The notes under the pieces are model-generated. The model was not told the DNA's origin and did not search any database. It worked only from the letters and a program-made list of their open reading frames with translations. The translations under genes and the position numbers were made by a program. DNA of 64,000 bases, taken from positions 480,001-544,000 of the forward strand of contig CAWFQB010000005.1 in the NCBI GenBank assembly GCA_963817895.1, read 5' to 3'. The first letter of the stretch is position 1. Each line of letters opens with the position of its first letter. Below, piece after piece: positions 58,563 through 64,000 of this stretch. Origin of the DNA: an uncultured Chthonomonadaceae bacterium (GTDB taxonomy: Bacteria; Armatimonadota; Chthonomonadetes; Chthonomonadales; Chthonomonadaceae).

Positions 58563-60427
58563 TTGAGACAATCGTACTCCCATAACAACAGCCCCACACC
58601 CGTTGGCGATAATGCGCAGGCAAATGCGCGAACAATGCCGTCGGGCAAGCCGGATATCAAGGTGTTTCGCCGCGTGTGGCCGTACCTGCATCCCTATCGC
58701 GCTAAAATCGCGCTTGGCGTGGGCCTGCTGCTCATTTCTACGCCGCTCGGTTCCGCGCATCCGCTGATCTGGAAGTACATCGTGGATGATGTTGTCGGCC
58801 TGCGCCATGTCAATCATTTATGGCCTGCCCTGCTGGCGATGTTCGCCATTCAGGGAACGGCAACCCTGCTGGACGCCATGAAAAGCATCCTGCTGGAACG
58901 GGTCGGGCAAAAGTTCGTGTTCGATCTGCGCAGCGCGGTGTATCAGAAACTACAGTCGCAGTCCCTCGCGTATCTCAGCGACAACCGTACCGGCGATCTG
59001 ATTTCGCGGGCGATGTCGGATGTGGACGTGTTGCAGGAGGTGGCGTTTCAATCCATTGATTCGGTTTTGGGCAACACGCTGAGTTTTCTGGTGGTGGCGG
59101 GCATCCTGATTCATCTCAACGCGAAACTCGGCGTCGTGACGCTGCTGCCAATTGTGGTGGTGTTCTTCCTGACGCGCTTTTTCAATACCCGCGTAAAGGC
59201 TATTTACCGGCAGGCGCGGGATCGGCTGGGCGAAGTGAACGCGCGGTTACAGGAGAATCTGACCGGACTGACGCTCATCAAGGCGTTTGCCAAAGAGCGG
59301 TACGAAACGGAGCGGTTTCAGGGCGTGGCGCGACGGCTATATGCAGACGAATTTTCGCGCCATCTTCGCCCGCAACACGTTCTTTCCCGCCGTGCGCTTC
59401 ATCGGCTTTTTCAGCAACATTCTTTCCGTCGGCTATGGCGCGTGGCTCGTCCTGCACGGGCAGTTTACCGTTGGCGGGTTGGTGGCGTATCGCGGTTACT
59501 GGTGGCAGCTTTTCAGTCCTATCAACAGCCTCGCGACCATCAACGAACTGTTGCAGCGGGCGAACGCGGCGGGAGCGCGCGTGTTTGAACTGCTGGACGC
59601 GCCGGAAAGCGTGACGGACGCGCCGGATGCCACAGACATGCGGCTGCGCCGGGGCAGACAGTTCCGTAGTTTTTCAGCAGGTGTCGATTCGGGTATGGCG
59701 ACAAGCCGATATTGCGGGACGTGTCGTTCCGTGTGGAGCCGGGGCAGATGATCGCGCTTGTCGGGCCGTCCGGCGCGGGCAAAACAACCGTTCTCAACCT
59801 GCTTCCCCGCTTCTGGGACGTGACAGACGGGCGTATTCTGATCGGCGGGCAGGACATACGCGGCGTGACGCAGGAGAGTTTGCGCCGCCATCTGGCAATC
59901 GTTTTGCAGGAGACGTTTCTGTTCAACGGCACGTCGTGGACAACATCCGCTACGGCAGGCCGGACGCGAGCAAGGAAGAGGTGGAAGCCGCCGCCCGCGC
60001 CGCGAATGCCTACGACTTCATACAGGAATTGCCGCAGGGTTATGAAACCGAAATCGGCGAACGAGGCGTCAAACTATCGGGCGGGCAGCGGCAGCGGTTT
60101 AGCATTGCCCGCGCCTTCCTCGCCAACCCGGATATTCTGATTCTGGACGAGCCGACATCCAGCGTGGAACCGGAAAGCGAAGCCATCATCACGCAGGCGT
60201 TGGAGCGGCTCATGCAGGGCCGGACGACGTTCGTCACTTCGCACCGCTTTTCCCTTGTGCGCGGAGCCGACAAAATTCTTGTCTTTGAGGAGGGGCGGCT
60301 GGTGGAAGCAGGAAACCATAGCGAACTGATGGCGCAAAACGGATTGTACGCCGAAATGTACAGCCTGCAAATGGGCCACTCACAATTACAACAGGTACAG
60401 AAGGAAGAACTGGAGGTTATGCGATGA
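58563..60427 (+). CDS. ABC exporter, fused TMD-NBD (several indels)
   Basis: RTGDLISR, GPSGAGKTT, LSGGQRQR, ILDEPTS across frames. Confidence 0.85.
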
Positions 60428-60963
60428 AGGCAGAAATTGTGGATGTGAAACCTGTGGAGGGTATGGACATTCAAACCGGGCTGCTGCTGGCAATGCTGGA
60501 CGACGCCACGAATTACTGGCGCAAAGAATTGGGCGATGTGTCCGAAGACGCGCTTTGCTGGCAGCCGATTTCCGATGGTCATAGCATCGGCGCGGTTCTG
60601 CTTCACATCGCGGACGTGGAATCCCACTGGCTGTATGCCGTCTCGACAGGGCAACCGCGTTCTGAAGAGGAGGTCAGTCGTCTGCTTTCCAGAGAAACGC
60701 GGCAGTACGCCGTTCAATGGCCTGCCCCGCCGCGCCAACCGCTGTCATGTTACTACGCGCAGCACGACGAAATTCGGGAGCGAACGCGCCGAACTATTCG
60801 CGAACTGAATAACCCGGAACACATCGGGATTCGGCGGGAACAGGGGTTTACCCTGCGCTGGCTGCTGCACCATGTCATCACGCACGAAGCCTACCACAGC
60901 GGGCAGGCCGTGCTGCTGTCCCTGCTCTACGCGAAACAGGAATTAAAGGAACCGCAAAGATGA
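60424..60963 (+). CDS. DinB-family protein
   Basis: SIGAVLLHIA.VE..W and WLLHHVITHEAYHSGQ His triad. Confidence 0.85.
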   Translation: MKAEIVDVKPVEGMDIQTGLLLAMLDDATNYWRKELGDVSEDALCWQPISDGHSIGAVLLHIADVESHWLYAVSTGQPRSEEEVSRLLSRETRQYAVQWPAPPRQPLSCYYAQHDEIRERTRRTIRELNNPEHIGIRREQGFTLRWLLHHVITHEAYHSGQAVLLSLLYAKQELKEPQR

Positions 60964-61050
60964 GCGCGCCGTTGCGTAAACCGCGAAACACGCGAAATAC
61001 ACGAAAAATTACTCCATTGTCTTTGTTTCCAGATGTGCAGCATCAATGCG

Positions 61051-61746
61051 CTACGCATCACAATCTTGCGCCCACATAACGTAGCACAAAATGCCGTCGC
61101 GCTGGCTGATCTTGACAATTTCGCCTGGCTGAACAGACTTACCGAACAGCCTGCAAAAAGCCGCAAAATCATCAAAATGTTCGTTTGTCGGGCTGAAAGA
61201 GTGTAAGATACAGACGGCTACATTCGCGCGAAAGCGTCTGGCCTCCAAAATGGCGCTTGCCATGCGGTGCAGCAGTTGATAGCGGATGCCATCCGGCACA
61301 GGCTCAGGTAAGCCGAGCAGTTCCATCAAAAACGCCAGACGCGCCCGCTTGCCTTCCGAAGCATTGACAAGCCACTCTGACAGGAGCGGCCCGAACGTTT
61401 CAGAAACCTTGCCTTCTACGACAATGGACGCAAGGCCGAGGGCATGGGACGCCAACACCCATACATCGCTTTGCGAAGCCGCCTGCCCGCCGGGAAGCGC
61501 GACCTGATGTTCCGGCAGAATCAACAGCGGCGCGAGTGAACGCAACGGTTCCTCCGCCCCCGCCAATACAGAGGCGACAGCCGCCGGAAAACTGTCTGCT
61601 TCCTGCCACGCCTGCGCAAGCCGCTTTGCCGAGTACCCGTCCTTCCACTGCTTCTCAGGTTCCGCAAGCAATGGCTTCCAATCCTCAACGCTTTTTGCTG
61701 GAACATACACGCGCTTCAAAGGCTTCTCCTTGCTAAACGTCCTCAA
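61051..61746 (-). CDS. PD-(D/E)xK-like hypothetical protein (DUF6946-like)
   Basis: WKDGYSAKRLA..W, SQSDVW, VEGKVSETFG, RYQLLHR. Confidence 0.65.
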   Translation of the reverse strand: MRTFSKEKPLKRVYVPAKSVEDWKPLLAEPEKQWKDGYSAKRLAQAWQEADSFPAAVASVLAGAEEPLRSLAPLLILPEHQVALPGGQAASQSDVWVLASHALGLASIVVEGKVSETFGPLLSEWLVNASEGKRARLAFLMELLGLPEPVPDGIRYQLLHRMASAILEARRFRANVAVCILHSFSPTNEHFDDFAAFCRLFGKSVQPGEIVKISQRDGILCYVMWAQDCDA

Positions 61747-61765
61747 AATAATTTCAGCATCGCCC

Positions 61766-61793
61766 TTGACATATAGCGGTATCCTGCTATAAT
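61766..61793 (+). promoter_or_regulatory. Sigma-70 promoter with an overlapping palindrome
   Basis: TTGACA-N16-TATAAT containing TATAGC-N8-GCTATA. Confidence 0.7.
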
Positions 61794-61838
61794 GCTACTA
61801 TGAACAGTTTGAGACACTGTGTAAAGGAGGATACAGCC

Positions 61839-62045
61839 ATGTCTGTTGTAGATGTTCCCCCCAAAATTTTGGAGGCAACCAACTCCAATATTCCCCCTGC
61901 CATCAATCCTGAAGAAGCTGACGAGCGGGAGTGGGCATTACAATTTGCAGCCTCCGGCGATTTTCTGATGCAACTTGTCGCTGAAGCGCGCGAAGAGCGG
62001 AGGCAGGGGCTACTTCTCCCGTTAGACACGGTTCTGGATGAGTAA
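61839..62045 (+). CDS. Putative antitoxin
   Basis: AAGGAGG RBS; small acidic protein (DEREWALQFAAS..L..L..EA) directly upstream of the toxin gene. Confidence 0.65.
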   Translation: MSVVDVPPKILEATNSNIPPAINPEEADEREWALQFAASGDFLMQLVAEAREERRQGLLLPLDTVLDE

Positions 62046-62050
62046 GCCCA

Positions 62051-62311
62051 ATGGAATCGCATACCACGCGCAGGTTTCGTAAACTCTACAAAGACCTTCA
62101 GCCAGATATAAGGAAAGATGCCAAAGACTCCTACAATCTCTGGAAAATAGACCCTTATCATTCCAGTCTTCATTTTAAAGCGCTGGAAGGCCATACGGAT
62201 TTATGGTCTGTCAGAATAGGATTGGGATGGCGGGCAATTGGCGAAAGAATTGGCGATGAGATTACATGGATATGGATTGGCTCCCATGCTGGCTATGATA
62301 AGCGCATATAG
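62051..62311 (+). CDS. RelE/ParE-superfamily toxin
   Basis: TTRRFRKLY..L, DPYHSSLHFK, LWSVRIGLGWRA, WIGSHAGYDK. Confidence 0.82.
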   Translation: MESHTTRRFRKLYKDLQPDIRKDAKDSYNLWKIDPYHSSLHFKALEGHTDLWSVRIGLGWRAIGERIGDEITWIWIGSHAGYDKRI

Positions 62312-62350
62312 CACAGGCTGAATGGATCCAGAAGGTACTGATCTGCGATG

Positions 62351-62392
62351 AAACCCCGCTAATTACTTGGTAAGTAATTAGCGGGGTTTTTT
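62351..62392. terminator. Bidirectional intrinsic terminator
   Basis: Perfect 18-bp stem AAACCCCGCTAATTACTT/AAGTAATTAGCGGGGTTT between convergent genes. Confidence 0.85.
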
Positions 62393-62401
62393 CTTGAAGT
62401 G

Positions 62402-63802
62402 CTACCCGAACGGCAGGAGCAGTTTGGTTAGCGTGGCGCGAACTTCGTCCGGGGTCGTCATGCCGACCGCCTGCACGATGCCTTTTTTGTTGACCACGAT
62501 GTTGATGGGGACGCCGCGCAACCCCAACCGCGTCATGTACTCGCCCTCCGCATCTATCAGCACGTCGTTATGCAGTTTATGGATGGAGCAGAAATGCTTC
62601 GCCTCGTCCGTCGGCTTCACATGCTCCCACACGTTGATCATGACCACTTCCAGGCCATACGCTTTGGCGCGACGCGCCACCTCTTCTAATAGCGGAGCCT
62701 CCGCATTACAGGGCCCTCACCAACTGGCAAACATGTTGATGATATACGGCTTGCCGTGCCACTCGGCGGACGTGCGTATCTGCCCCGAATTCATATCCGG
62801 CAGGCTGAACGGCGGAACCGGCTGCCCGATAAGCGGATGCTTGACGCTTTTGGGCAACGTCGCGGGCTTGGCCTGCAAATTGTCCCGAAACACGCTGATG
62901 CTGTTGCTGCCCGCATTGGACACGAAGATCGTGCTGGTGGCCTCGTCTACCGCAAGGTCGCCCGGCGCTTCCCCGACGGGAACTCGCGCCCACTCCTTGC
63001 CGCTGGCATAATCAATCACGCTGATGCTGCCCGCGCCCCGATTGGCGGCATAGATGTGCGTTCCGGCTTTGCCGCTCGCCATGCCAACGGGCGCGCGCTC
63101 GACGGAAATCGTATCCACAACCTTTTCTTTGTTCAGGTCTACGACCGAAACCGTGCTGACAAGCGAGTTGGCGATATAGGCGCGGGCGCGAGGCACGTCA
63201 ATGACGATTTTGCACGGCGCGTAATCTACTTTAATCTCCCCGATGGCCTCATTCGTCGTGCCGTCAATAATGGTAATGGACGCATCCCCGAAGTTGACGC
63301 AGTACACTTTGTCGCGGGACGGATCGGGCGCGATGCTTCCCGCCGCCAGTTTCGCCGGAACCACGGCCAGAACTTCCAGCGTGTCCGCGTCAATCACGCT
63401 GACCGTGCTGGCGGCCGTGTTGCCCGTATAGATTTTGCGCTTTTCGGGATACGCGCCGATGCCCGCCGGGTAGGTGCCGACAGGAATCTGCTTGATGAGT
63501 GTCATCTTCTCGGCGTCAATCACGCTGCACAGGTCTTCGCGCGCATCGGACGTGAATACGCGCTTTGTGGGCGGGTCATACGCAAGCCCGATGGGTTCCT
63601 TGCCGACCGCCACTTCGCCAATGGACTTGAGCGTGTCCATGTCGAAAACAGTGACGCTGTTGCTGCGCGGGCAGGCCGCAAAGCCCCGGCGCAGTTCGGG
63701 AACCAGGACAATGCCTTCAGGCCCTAGCCCGACGGTTATTTCGCCAAGCGAAGGGAACGCATCCCCCGTTTGGACGGGTGTAGGTGGAGCGGAACGTGCC
63801 AA
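62402..63802 (-). CDS. YVTN/YncE beta-propeller fused to a TlpA-like thioredoxin, probable selenoprotein
   Basis: ORFs 62717-63802 and 62402-62680 share one frame; the junction reads INMFASW-TGA-GPCNAEAP; later GVPINIVVNKKG. Confidence 0.85.
62687..62716 (-). promoter_or_regulatory. Bacterial SECIS-like hairpin
   Basis: TAATGCGGA-GGC-TCCGC(T)ATTA; G-leading apical loop 17 nt after the UGA. Confidence 0.68.
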
Positions 63803-64000
63803 ATACTTCTCCCTGAATAAAACGCTGGCGTTAAAACCAGTGTTTGAAAAACGTCTTTCCCTGTTCTCGCGCTGTTTCGTTCAGCGGGACGGAAAAACGC
63901 GGTTGTGTGACAGCCTGTAAAACGGTACAATGTCGTGTGTCATCGTCACGCGCTGAATAGAGCTATGGGACAACTTTGAACATACCTTCAAGGAGTATAC

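Noticed and set aside
63940..63960. GTCACGC as another member of the GTCACG regulon
   Set aside because: Single copy, with no 11-bp partner and no correctly spaced -10.

Overview
GC-rich bacterial chromosomal window. The gene content (PEP-CTERM proteins, DUF1559 prepilin-like protein, SARP-STAND regulators, PPC-domain protein, TolC, outer-membrane porin) suggests a diderm Armatimonadota/Planctomycetota-like organism (inference). About 50 genes are readable. At least 11 otherwise intact genes carry indels, most likely long-read assembly errors. No rRNA, tRNA or CRISPR array was seen. Highlights: (1) a candidate paired-STAND signalling system, with a membrane AAA_35-TM-WD40 protein and a soluble wHTH-BTAD-AAA_35 activator, whose two divergent promoters share an identical 27-bp GTCACG repeat block, identical 22/9/11 spacing and a 9-bp gap to the -10 hexamer, upstream of exported proteins; (2) a YVTN beta-propeller/TlpA-thioredoxin fusion read through an in-frame UGA (W-U-G-P-C) with a SECIS-like hairpin; (3) 7/8/9-mer microsatellite-palindrome elements, one ~115-bp composite unit of which sits in frame in two unrelated proteins; (4) ANTAR hairpins in the leader of a porin-amtB-glnK operon next to an ANTAR response regulator; (5) an AT-rich defence-like islet with dif-like 11-6-11 sites next to a truncated MORC-type ATPase gene; (6) tnpB right-end and IS3 remnants. 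All domain calls come from motif recognition by eye, not database searches.
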